From contig JAXSNR010000002.1 of NCBI GenBank assembly GCA_037925075.1, forward strand, positions 416,001 to 480,000: a stretch of 64,000 bases of DNA, read 5' to 3'. Each line of letters opens with the position of its first letter. The first letter of the stretch is position 1. The translations under genes were made by a program, and so were the position numbers. This stretch comes from Aquificaceae bacterium (lineage in GTDB: Bacteria; Aquificota; Aquificia; Aquificales; Aquificaceae). Positions 49,937 through 58,918 of the stretch are shown piece by piece. A model generated the notes under the pieces. That model searched no databases. It was not told the DNA's origin and worked only from the letters and a program-made list of their open reading frames with translations.

Positions 49937-51323
49937 TGTACTCCGTTGGGTCTAATGGAACTCCTTCCTTGTTTCTCAGTTCAAACCTCAAGGTGCACTC
50001 TTCGGAGTTGTTCTTTTTGCCAACTTTGGCTATGACCTGTCCCTTGCTTACCCTATCTCCTCTTTTGACAAGGTTTGCCTCATTGTAGGCATAAAGGGAT
50101 ATAAAGCTGTCGTGTTCTACTATGACCATGTTTCCGTAAGCTTGTAGGTCACCTCCGCTGTATATAACCCTTCCATCCTCTACAGCCTTCACCGGTGATG
50201 AGCAGGGGGCTAAGATCTCTATACCTTTGGGTACCTTTGACACTTTGCCATCAACGGGTAGCTGTATGTTTAAAGCTTTTGGTGCGGATGTGTTTGGCGT
50301 CTCTGGTTCTGTCAGCAAAGCCCTCTCTTCTCTTCTACTGACCTGTTTTTCCTTTTCCTGTGCTGGCTTTTCTGCGACCGTAGCTTCCCTTCTGGGTAGC
50401 TTTACCTTTGCTCCTGCCTTTAGGAGCTTGCCCTTTAGCTCTGGGTTTAGCCTTTCCAATTCTCTAAGTGGTACACCTGTAGCTTTAGCCACATCTTTTA
50501 ATGTTCCACCTCTTTTGATTTTGTATACCTCATAGGATTCTTCTTTTCTTTTCTTTTCCTCAGCCCTTTCCGTATCTTTGGCAGGCACTTTTACCTTTGT
50601 TCCTGCAGGAAGCCATTTACCTTTTAGTTCTGGATTTAGTCTTTCCAATTCATTAAGGGGTACGCCGGTTGCCTTTGCCACATGCTCAAGCTTGGCACCT
50701 CTTTTGATAGTGTATAGCTCGTATTTTTCTTCTACTTTTCTTCTTTCTTCTGCTTTTATGCTATCCTTTGGTATCTTTACCTCTGTCCCGGGCTTTAGCC
50801 ATTTTTTCTTTAACTCTGGATTTAAGCTTTCTAATTCCTTTAGGGGAACGCCGGTTGCCTTTGAAACATCCTCCAGCCTTCCGCCTCTTTTGACGGTGTA
50901 AAGTTCATATTTGCTAACTTTGACATCGGTGCCCTTTGAAGGTGCACTAACTTTTGCAGGGATCTTTAGCTTTTGACCCTCTGTTAACTTATCCCCCTTT
51001 AAATTGTTAATCTCTTTGAGACTTTCCACATCAACACCAAAGCCTTCCGCTATCTTTTGGAGAGTATCACCCTTCTTTACTTCATAAAGGGCATATCTAT
51101 TTGTTTCCTTCTTTGAACTTCTAACGGGTATGCAAAGGCTTTGACCTACTTTTAGTCTTTTGTCATCAATACCCTTATTGGCAGATTTAAGGCTCTTTAG
51201 GTCAATGCCTTCTTTTTTGGCTATTTTCTCAAGGGTGTCTCCTTCCTTCACCCTGTAGTTTTTACATTCCAAGGCAAAGGAAAGGCTAAGACTAATACCT
51301 AACAGTAAAATCCCTTTCTTCAT
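49920..51323 (-). CDS. LysM-repeat protein with a degenerate M23/LytM domain (NlpD-like)
   Basis: Signal peptide, five LysM domains (three near-identical), M23 fold lacking HxxxD/HxH. Confidence 0.85.
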   Translation of the reverse strand: MKKGILLLGISLSLSFALECKNYRVKEGDTLEKIAKKEGIDLKSLKSANKGIDDKRLKVGQSLCIPVRSSKKETNRYALYEVKKGDTLQKIAEGFGVDVESLKEINNLKGDKLTEGQKLKIPAKVSAPSKGTDVKVSKYELYTVKRGGRLEDVSKATGVPLKELESLNPELKKKWLKPGTEVKIPKDSIKAEERRKVEEKYELYTIKRGAKLEHVAKATGVPLNELERLNPELKGKWLPAGTKVKVPAKDTERAEEKKRKEESYEVYKIKRGGTLKDVAKATGVPLRELERLNPELKGKLLKAGAKVKLPRREATVAEKPAQEKEKQVSRREERALLTEPETPNTSAPKALNIQLPVDGKVSKVPKGIEILAPCSSPVKAVEDGRVIYSGGDLQAYGNMVIVEHDSFISLYAYNEANLVKRGDRVSKGQVIAKVGKKNNSEECTLRFELRNKEGVPLDPTEYIKDLH

Positions 51324-51564
51324 TGCTTGGCACCTCCTTGAGGACCTCCATACGGTCAACTCTTGCCGCGGGAGGACCCTCCCAAAGTCCCTTCAAAAAC
51401 TCCCAGACCACATCCTTGTCTCCTTGAACAAAGACCTCAACCCTTCCGTCGGGCAGGTTCTTAACCCATCCAGAAAGTCCGTAGCTCTGAGCGAGCCTTT
51501 TTGTAAAAGCCCTGTAGCCCACACCTTGCACTATACCGCTTATGTATATTCTCAGAGCTATCAC
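51292..51564 (-). CDS. acyP: acylphosphatase
   Basis: GIVQGVGYR and GWVKNLPDGRVE. Confidence 0.93.
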   Translation of the reverse strand: MIALRIYISGIVQGVGYRAFTKRLAQSYGLSGWVKNLPDGRVEVFVQGDKDVVWEFLKGLWEGPPAARVDRMEVLKEVPSNEERDFTVRY

Positions 51565-51654
51565 CTATAGAATTTTAACATCAAAAAACTGGGTTGAAAA
51601 GTTAAGATGATTTATGATATCATTAAAAAGCCACAGTCCACAGGAGGTGTTTCC

Positions 51655-52074
51655 ATGAAAATAGCCATACTTACAGCTTTGCTGTTCTCTTTTGCCCTTG
51701 CTCAGGAGTGTGAGGTTCAGGAGGGCTACGCGAGCTGGTATGGCGGAAAGTTTCATGGTAGAAAAACAAGCTCAGGAGAGGTCTTTAACAAGTACAAATT
51801 TACAGCAGCATCAAGGGACTTTCCCCTTGGAACTTATCTACTGGTGAGAAACCTACAAACAGGAAAGGATGTGGTTGTGGTGGTCACAGACAGGGGGCCA
51901 GCCATAAAAAGCAGGATAATAGACCTTTCAAGGGCAGCAGCTGAGAAGATAGGAATGTTAAGGCAAGGCGTGGCTAAGGTCCAGATAATGCCCCTATATT
52001 GTGCGGTAAAGGGTGATGAGCTAGGTGAAGAGCTTCATGAGGAGGTTATAAAGGACCTTCTCAACACCCTATAA
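51655..52074 (+). CDS. rlpA: RlpA-family septal lytic transglycosylase
   Basis: ASWYG.KFHGRKT, DRGP and RIIDLS. Confidence 0.9.
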   Translation: MKIAILTALLFSFALAQECEVQEGYASWYGGKFHGRKTSSGEVFNKYKFTAASRDFPLGTYLLVRNLQTGKDVVVVVTDRGPAIKSRIIDLSRAAAEKIGMLRQGVAKVQIMPLYCAVKGDELGEELHEEVIKDLLNTL

Positions 52075-52870
52075 GACTTCTGTTTGCCACAAGTGTCCCG
52101 CATCCTCCAAGCGGGTCTTTTCTGAACCTGTTTGAAAGTGTGACCCTTATACCGTAGGATCTCAAAAGTAGAAAGGCTTTCTCATATTCCCAGTCTCCTA
52201 CGTCCCGAAAGTCTTCTACTGTTTGGTTATACCGCAAGAGGGTTGCGTTAACACCCAGTGATTTTACCAACTCCGCAAAGCTTCTCAGGTCTTCTTCCGT
52301 GTCGTTTACACCCTTGAGGAGTAAATAGGCAAGGCTTACCTTCCTTCTTTTTCTAAGGGGCATGTGGGAAAGCTTTTCTCGTAGAACTTCTACGAGCTTT
52401 TTCAGGCTTCCTGCGTAGGGAAGTAGCCTCTTTCTTGTGTCTTCTCTTAGAGAATGCACCGATATACTAACTCCCTTGTGAGGGAGGTCTAAAAGCTCCC
52501 CGAGCCTTTTAACTGGATATCCTGTGGTGTAAAAGCTCACTCTGAGCCCTAAGCTCTTAAAATGCCAAAAGGCTTCCTTTACCGCTTCCCAGTTCATCAA
52601 TGGCTCACCTATACCTGCAAAGGCTATGCCCCTTATTTCAAGCCTGTCTTTTACAAGCTCGTACTGCCCCTTTATCTCCTCAGCAGAGAGGTTTCTTAAA
52701 AGGCCCTCTTTGCCCGAAAGGCAGAAGGGACAGCCTATGGCACAGCCCGCTTGGGTGGATAAGCATAGGGTATCCCCTCTGTAGTAGACTGCCTCAACCC
52801 TCTTACCATCGCGAAGTTCAAAGAGAAAAAGCCTGTTAAGGCTACTGTTCAATTCTTGCAAGAGTTTCAT
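52061..52870 (-). CDS. radical SAM protein, RlmN/Cfr-like (short)
   Basis: CLSTQAGCAIGCPFC, GIGEPL, GVND and C-terminal GCGTL. Confidence 0.8.
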   Translation of the reverse strand: MKLLQELNSSLNRLFLFELRDGKRVEAVYYRGDTLCLSTQAGCAIGCPFCLSGKEGLLRNLSAEEIKGQYELVKDRLEIRGIAFAGIGEPLMNWEAVKEAFWHFKSLGLRVSFYTTGYPVKRLGELLDLPHKGVSISVHSLREDTRKRLLPYAGSLKKLVEVLREKLSHMPLRKRRKVSLAYLLLKGVNDTEEDLRSFAELVKSLGVNATLLRYNQTVEDFRDVGDWEYEKAFLLLRSYGIRVTLSNRFRKDPLGGCGTLVANRSLIGC

Positions 52871-53711
52871 CTTCCACAAAAGCCCTTCTACAACAATCCC
52901 CGCAGGCTTCACAATGCTTGAGAGCCCTTTCGTAGCCTTCTGGAAGTACATCTTTGAGGTCTATCTCTCTCTTTGATTCTTCAGTAGCAAGGCTTATCTT
53001 CCAGCCTATGGGATCCACTTGCAAAACCTTGTAAACTTTGCCCTCGTAGCAAAGCTCGCTCCCAACCTCAGGAAGTATGGATTTTATAAGGTAGTTGCCC
53101 CTTTCAAAGACCAGACAGCACATGAGCCTCCCGCATGGACCCGTAAACTTTTGAGGTGATAGAGGTAGGTTTTGCTCCTCTATATCACGTAGAGATACGG
53201 ATTGAAACTCTTCCTGAAACCTTATACAACAGGGTATATCTCCACAGGCACCCACCCACCCGAGCATTTGCACAGCATCCCTGACCCCCACCTGCCTCAT
53301 CTCTATTCTCTTCTTAAATACCTTTGCAAGGTCCTTTACCAGGTTTCTAAAGTCCACTCTGTGCTCGGAAGTATAGTAGAAGAAGATCCTACTTCTGTCC
53401 AAGGGTATGTAAGTTTTTATGAGCTTCATATCAAGCCCGTGTTCTAATATCTTTTTCTTGCATAGCTCCATAGCTTCTTTGGCTTTTTCCTCGTTTTCCA
53501 TCATCTTTTGTATGTCTTCCTTTTTTGCCCTCCTGAGGAATATGGCTTTGTGAGAGGAGGGTTCTTTCGAGGTGCCGAGCACCTTTACCACTTCCTCCCC
53601 TTTTTCCGATTGAACTACAAGAAGCTCGCCCTTAGATACATCCCTTTCCCATACGCCTTCAACCTGAAACACCTTGTTGGTGTCCTGAAACTTTGCCTTT
53701 ATGTAAGACAT
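52842..53711 (-). CDS. PSP1/RicT (YaaT) family protein
   Basis: RVDFR.LVK, RIEMRQVGVRD and GPCGRLMCCL. Confidence 0.9.
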   Translation of the reverse strand: MSYIKAKFQDTNKVFQVEGVWERDVSKGELLVVQSEKGEEVVKVLGTSKEPSSHKAIFLRRAKKEDIQKMMENEEKAKEAMELCKKKILEHGLDMKLIKTYIPLDRSRIFFYYTSEHRVDFRNLVKDLAKVFKKRIEMRQVGVRDAVQMLGWVGACGDIPCCIRFQEEFQSVSLRDIEEQNLPLSPQKFTGPCGRLMCCLVFERGNYLIKSILPEVGSELCYEGKVYKVLQVDPIGWKISLATEESKREIDLKDVLPEGYERALKHCEACGDCCRRAFVEDETLARIEQ

Positions 53712-54630
53712 TCTTTTCACCTCCTCTTAGCTGAAAGAGTAAAAGACTTAGCCTTATACCCTTGCTTAAATATTCTAACCCTGCGGACGCTTTGTCAAGA
53801 GCTTGCTGGTAAACCTCTTCCCTTGTTTCCAAATACCTTTTGTGAAGCAAGCTGATGATAATTTTTAAAAGTAAAGCCTGTCTCTCATAATCCCACTTTT
53901 CCACCTCAAGAGCCTTCTTATAAAGGGTAAGCACATCTCCCTCAAGCACAGCCTTTGCACTGCTTAGGAGTTCCTTATCCTCTTTTAGCTTAAGAGCCAT
54001 GTTAAGACTGCCCTCGGAGAGCTCAAGGATCAGAGGGTCTTGTATGCCTGTTTTTTCCCTTAACTCCTCCTTGCTTAGCGGAGGGACTTCAAGTAAAAAG
54101 CTCCGAGATCTTACGGTGGGCAAAAGCTTCTGAAGTCTATGGGCAACCAAGAGAAAATGCGTGTCTTCCGGTGGCTCCTCAAGGACCTTTAGCAGGGCGT
54201 TTTGTGCCTGTGGGTTCATGGTGTCCGCAGGCTCTATCAGGACTACCTTCCTTTTGGAAAGGACAGGTCTTAGGTATACAAAGTCCTTAACCCCCCTTAT
54301 CTGGTCAATCTTTATCTCAGCCTTTTCTGGTTTTAGGTACACAAAATCCGGATGGTCTCCTTGAAGGTAGAGGTAGACCTTCTTACCCCTTTTGTCCTCC
54401 CCATAGAAATAAAGCTCTTCTTCTTTTTTCTGCCTAAAGTCCTGCATGTGAAGACACGAGGGACACCCTCCACAAGGTGGGTACATCTCCTGCAAGCACA
54501 ATATGGCCGTTGCAAACTCAAAGGCTAAATCCTTCTTTCCTACCCCCTCCTTTCCGTACAGAAGAAGCGAAGCGGGCAACTTTTTTTGGTGGAAGAGCCT
54601 GCTTAGGAACCTTTTGAGCCTTTCCCTCAT
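53659..54630 (-). CDS. holB: DNA polymerase III delta' subunit
   Basis: GVGK, zinc Cys motif, HPD, QNALLKVLEEPP and TVRSR. Confidence 0.9.
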   Translation of the reverse strand: MRERLKRFLSRLFHQKKLPASLLLYGKEGVGKKDLAFEFATAILCLQEMYPPCGGCPSCLHMQDFRQKKEEELYFYGEDKRGKKVYLYLQGDHPDFVYLKPEKAEIKIDQIRGVKDFVYLRPVLSKRKVVLIEPADTMNPQAQNALLKVLEEPPEDTHFLLVAHRLQKLLPTVRSRSFLLEVPPLSKEELREKTGIQDPLILELSEGSLNMALKLKEDKELLSSAKAVLEGDVLTLYKKALEVEKWDYERQALLLKIIISLLHKRYLETREEVYQQALDKASAGLEYLSKGIRLSLLLFQLRGGEKNVLHKGKVSGHQQGVSG

Positions 54631-55958
54631 ATCATAAGCTCTTCTACAAACCTTATGTGATGTTTCCCTTGCTGGAATTCTCTGTTGGAGAGTACCCTTT
54701 TGTGGAAATCTATGTTTGTCTTTAGGCCACTACCCCATATTTTGAACTCTTCAAGGGCTCTCATGGACCTTTTTATGGCTTCTTCCCTTGTTTGCCCCCA
54801 GCATATGAGCTTGGCAATCAGAGAGTCATAAAAGGGTGGGATGGAATATCCACAGTAGAGGTGGGTGTCCACCCTAACGCCGTAGCCCCCAGGAAGATAG
54901 AGACCTTCCACCTTCCCGGGTGATGGAAGGAAGGTGTTTGAGTCTTCCGCGTTTATCCTAAACTCTATGGCATAGCCTCTTCCCACGGGCTTTTTTATTT
55001 TTAGCCTTTCACCCCTTGCTATCCTTATCTGCCACTCCACTAAGTCTATGCCATAGACCATCTCTGTGACGGGATGCTCCACCTGTATGCGTCCGTTCAT
55101 CTCCATAAAGTAGAAGTTTCCCTCTTGGTCCATGAGAAACTCCACCGTGCCCGCACCCTCGTAGCCTATTTCCCTGCAAAAGTCTGCAACAAGGGCTTCC
55201 ATCTCCTTCCTTTTTTCCTCTGTAAGGGAAGAGCTTGGAGCCTCTTCTATGAGTTTTTGGTGCCTTCTTTGTATGGAGCATTCTCTTTCTCCTAGGGTAA
55301 GCACATTGCCATATTTGTCCGCCAGAACCTGAATCTCTATGTGCTTTGGGTTTATAAGGTACTTCTCAATGTAGAGCCTTCCATCTCCAAAGGCTACCTC
55401 CGCCTCCTGCATGGCTAAAGGTAGCTTTTCTCTTAGCTCCTTGTCGTTGTTTATAACCCTTATGCCTCTTCCTCCCCCACCCGCCGCCGCCTTTATGACC
55501 ACAGGGTAGCCCACCTTACTTGCCACCTCCAAAGCCTTCTGAAAGTCCACAGGACCATCACTACCTGGCACAAGGGGAAGCCCTACCTTTTTTGCCACCT
55601 CCTTTGCCTTTACCTTATCTCCTATAAGCTCAAGGGTCTCTGCGGAGGGACCTACGAAGACCTTACCGCTTGCCCTCACTATTTCCGCAAACTTTGGATT
55701 TTCTGACAAAAAGCCATATCCCGGATGGACCGCATCCGCATCTGAAACCTCAAGGGCGGACATGATTCTGGGTGTATCCAAGTAGCTCTTTGAAGGTTCT
55801 GGTGGTCCTATGCATATGCTTTTATCCGCAAGTTTTACATGCATGCTGTTGGAGTCTGCCTCGGAATAAACCGCAACAGTCCTTATACCCATCTCCTTGG
55901 CGGTTCTTATGATACGGACCGCTATCTCACCCCTGTTGGCTATAAGAAGGCTTTGCAT
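54627..55958 (-). CDS. accC: biotin carboxylase
   Basis: ANRGEIAVR, HPGYGFLSEN, RECSIQRRHQK and RIQVEH. Confidence 0.95.
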   Translation of the reverse strand: MQSLLIANRGEIAVRIIRTAKEMGIRTVAVYSEADSNSMHVKLADKSICIGPPEPSKSYLDTPRIMSALEVSDADAVHPGYGFLSENPKFAEIVRASGKVFVGPSAETLELIGDKVKAKEVAKKVGLPLVPGSDGPVDFQKALEVASKVGYPVVIKAAAGGGGRGIRVINNDKELREKLPLAMQEAEVAFGDGRLYIEKYLINPKHIEIQVLADKYGNVLTLGERECSIQRRHQKLIEEAPSSSLTEEKRKEMEALVADFCREIGYEGAGTVEFLMDQEGNFYFMEMNGRIQVEHPVTEMVYGIDLVEWQIRIARGERLKIKKPVGRGYAIEFRINAEDSNTFLPSPGKVEGLYLPGGYGVRVDTHLYCGYSIPPFYDSLIAKLICWGQTREEAIKRSMRALEEFKIWGSGLKTNIDFHKRVLSNREFQQGKHHIRFVEELMI

Positions 55959-55996
55959 CAAGACTATTTTACACGCAAAGACTTTAAAATTTTCCC

Positions 55997-56569
55997 ATGC
56001 CCGGCAAAATAGTCCTTTGTATCACCGGTGCAAGCGGTGTCATATACGGCTACAGACTTTTGCAGGTGCTAAGCTCTATGGGCTTTGATATAGACCTCAT
56101 AGTTTCCTCCTCGGGATGGGTGGTCCTAAAGCAGGAGCTTGACCTAACAAAGGAAAAAATCCTTGAAGAGTTTCCACAGATAAGGCTTATTCCAGAAAAG
56201 GATATGGCAAACCCGGTCGCAAGTGGTTCAAGGCTTGTCTTCTACCGAGGCGTGGTGGTGGCACCCTGTTCTATGAGCAGTCTTGCCCATGTGGCTTCTG
56301 GTACAAACCAAAACTTGATACATCGGGTATGCGAAGTTGCCCTAAAGGAGAAGGTGCCACTTCTTCTGTTGGTGCGAGAAGCTCCCTACTCTTTGGTTCA
56401 TCTCAAAAACATGCTAAAGGTTTCTCAGGCGGGTGCAACGGTCATGCCCGCAAGCCCGGGCTTTTATCACAGACCACAGAGTCTTCAGGACCTTGTGGAT
56501 TTTGTGGTAGGAAAGGTGCTGGACAGTCTTAGGATTGAACATAACCTCTACAGAAGGTGGAGGGAATAG
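55997..56569 (+). CDS. ubiX: flavin prenyltransferase
   Basis: ITGASG, ASGS, APCSM, REAP and PGFY. Confidence 0.93.
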   Translation: MPGKIVLCITGASGVIYGYRLLQVLSSMGFDIDLIVSSSGWVVLKQELDLTKEKILEEFPQIRLIPEKDMANPVASGSRLVFYRGVVVAPCSMSSLAHVASGTNQNLIHRVCEVALKEKVPLLLLVREAPYSLVHLKNMLKVSQAGATVMPASPGFYHRPQSLQDLVDFVVGKVLDSLRIEHNLYRRWRE

Positions 56570-56570
56570 C

Positions 56571-58094
56571 ATGAAGATTGTAAAAGCCCATCAGATGAGG
56601 GAAATAGACAGAAGAGCCATAGAGGAGATGGGTATTCCTTCCCTTTTGCTTATGGAAAAGGCGGGGCTCTCGGTGGTGGAGGTCATAAGAAGGGAGTTTC
56701 CAAGTGCCAAAAGGGTTTTGGTGGTCGCCGGCAAGGGCAACAATGGGGGCGATGGGCTTGTGGTGGCAAGGCACCTTTATTTACTTGGCTACAAGGTCTC
56801 TTATGTGCTTGCCCTTGGCGAGGAGCTAAAGGGGGATGCTAAGGTACAGCTTGAGATCCTTAGAAAGCTAGGACTTGAGCCTGCCAGAGAGGTGGACTTT
56901 TCTGAGTATGACCTTGTGGTGGATGCCCTTTTTGGCACGGGTTTTGAACCACCCGTTAGTGGTGAGGCGGTAAGGTGGATAGGTCTTATAAACAAAAGCG
57001 GTCTGCCAGTGGTGTGTGTGGACCTTCCTTCGGGGCTTTCTGCGGACAGTTCAAGGGAGTATGAACCTTCGGTAAAGGGGACCCTCACCGTAAGCTTTCA
57101 GTTCCCAAAGCCTTGTCATCTTTTGCACCCTTCTAACCTTCGCTGTGGGAAGCTCTATGTGGCAAACATCGGCATACCTCAATGGCTCGCAAAGGATGTA
57201 AATACGGAGCTGATCACAAGGGTGGAGCTTCCTAAAAGGCCTGCCTATGCCCACAAGGGTCTTATGGGGCATGTGCTTTTGGTGGGTGGTAGCACGGGCA
57301 AGACGGGTGCCCTCATCATGAGTGCAAAAGCTTCCACGAGGGCGGGTGCTGGGCTTGTGAGCGTAGGAGTGCCACAGGACCTAAACCAAATCTTTGAGAC
57401 AAGCCTTGTGGAGGAGATGAGCATACCTTTAAAAGGTCTTGGTAGGCTTTCTGTTGAGTCCGCAAGACAGGTGGTTGAACTTCAGGATAGGTTTTCCGCC
57501 ATAGGTGTGGGTATGGGGATGGACAGGTACGAGGAGGGAAAGCAAGTAATAAGGGAGATCCTGCTTGGAATAAAAAAACCACTTCTCTTGGATGCGGACG
57601 GGCTCAACAACCTTGCGGACTTGGGAGTGGACCTGCTAAGAGAAAGGGAAGGCTTAACTCTTCTTACTCCTCATGTGGGTGAGTTTCAGAGGCTTACTGG
57701 GCTTGAGAAGGAGTACATCTTGGAAAACTTCTTGGAGGTCGCCCGGGAGTTTGCGGTCAGGTACGGTTGCTATCTGGTGCTAAAGTCCTCAAGGACTGTG
57801 ATAGCGACTCCAGAGGGAAGGGTCTTTCTTTCTACGAGGGGCACGCCCGCCATGGCAAAGGGTGGTGTGGGAGATGTGCTTGCGGGCATCCTTACAGCCC
57901 TTATAGGTAGAGGCCTGCCTACAGAAGAAGCCCTAAAGCTGGGTGTTTTCTTGCACGGTCTTGCAGGAGAGATAGCGGAAAGCAAAAGGCACAGGGAAAG
58001 CGTCAGAGCCCTTGACCTTGTGGAAGAGCTTCCGCAAGCCTATAATCTAATAGAGAATGAAGCCTATAGCCCTACTTTTGCTTATATCCCTTAG
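56571..58094 (+). CDS. nnr: bifunctional NAD(P)HX epimerase/dehydratase
   Basis: GNNGGDG, DALFGTG, DLPSG, DADGLN, TPHVGEF and GGVGDVLAG. Confidence 0.93.
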   Translation: MKIVKAHQMREIDRRAIEEMGIPSLLLMEKAGLSVVEVIRREFPSAKRVLVVAGKGNNGGDGLVVARHLYLLGYKVSYVLALGEELKGDAKVQLEILRKLGLEPAREVDFSEYDLVVDALFGTGFEPPVSGEAVRWIGLINKSGLPVVCVDLPSGLSADSSREYEPSVKGTLTVSFQFPKPCHLLHPSNLRCGKLYVANIGIPQWLAKDVNTELITRVELPKRPAYAHKGLMGHVLLVGGSTGKTGALIMSAKASTRAGAGLVSVGVPQDLNQIFETSLVEEMSIPLKGLGRLSVESARQVVELQDRFSAIGVGMGMDRYEEGKQVIREILLGIKKPLLLDADGLNNLADLGVDLLREREGLTLLTPHVGEFQRLTGLEKEYILENFLEVAREFAVRYGCYLVLKSSRTVIATPEGRVFLSTRGTPAMAKGGVGDVLAGILTALIGRGLPTEEALKLGVFLHGLAGEIAESKRHRESVRALDLVEELPQAYNLIENEAYSPTFAYIP

Positions 58095-58557
58095 TGGATG
58101 CGGGCTCATCCACATTGAGATAAGGGACAGAAAGCCTCAGGAAAAAAGAGTAGAAACACCAAAGGCTCAAGTTAGAACCGCTCCAACGGAGAAAAAAGAA
58201 GCACCGCGAGGTGAGGTTCTCAAGGTTAGCATGCCCGTAAAGGGCAAAATTACACGCAGTGAAAGGGGTTACTTTATTGGTACCTCTTGTGATGAGTTTT
58301 TTAGGTCTGTGAGCGACGGTAGGGTTTTGTATGCGGGTGATGACATAAGGAATATGGGTTGGGTGGTTATGGTGGAGGCAGAGGATGGTTATGTGTATGT
58401 GTATGCAAAGGCTGGCAGTTCCTTTGTAAAGAAGAGAGAAGCAGTAAGAAAAGGACAGCCCTTAGGTAAAGTGGGAAACTCTGGGGATGGGTGCGGTGTT
58501 CTTTTTGAGGTCAGAGACAAGGAGGGAAAGCCCGTAAGCTTTGAACTTGTGCTATAA
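58057..58557 (+). CDS. lipoprotein with a degenerate M23/LytM domain
   Basis: Lipobox [16 protein letters not shown] and FEVR. Confidence 0.75.
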   Translation: MKPIALLLLISLSGCGLIHIEIRDRKPQEKRVETPKAQVRTAPTEKKEAPRGEVLKVSMPVKGKITRSERGYFIGTSCDEFFRSVSDGRVLYAGDDIRNMGWVVMVEAEDGYVYVYAKAGSSFVKKREAVRKGQPLGKVGNSGDGCGVLFEVRDKEGKPVSFELVL

Positions 58558-58566
58558 TAGGCTAAC

Positions 58567-58908
58567 ATGATAGATATAGCCTTCGCCCAGCAGACGGGAC
58601 ACGGTGCAAGTCCAGTGGGAGCTCTTCTCTTTCAGCTTATATTTTTCATAGCCCTTTTTGCCCTTTTTTACTTTCTACTTATAAGACCGCAGAGCAAGGC
58701 AAGGAAAAAACATCAGGAGTTTTTGGCAAACCTTAAAAAGGGTGACAGGGTCATAACCACGGGGGGTATATGGGGCACGGTGGTGGAGATAGGCGATGAA
58801 ACTGTAACCCTAAAGGTGGACGCCAACACGAGGATAACTTTTACAAAGGAAGCCATCTCCCACTACCAACCCAACTACAAAAGGGAAGACAAGGAAAAGG
58901 AAGACTAA
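58567..58908 (+). CDS. yajC: preprotein translocase subunit YajC
   Basis: FYFLLIRPQ and LKKGDRVITTGG. Confidence 0.94.
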   Translation: MIDIAFAQQTGHGASPVGALLFQLIFFIALFALFYFLLIRPQSKARKKHQEFLANLKKGDRVITTGGIWGTVVEIGDETVTLKVDANTRITFTKEAISHYQPNYKREDKEKED

Positions 58909-58918
58909 ATTTTTCTCT

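Noticed and set aside
50390..50910. three ~190-bp DNA repeats
   Set aside because: Explained by tandem LysM domains within the CDS
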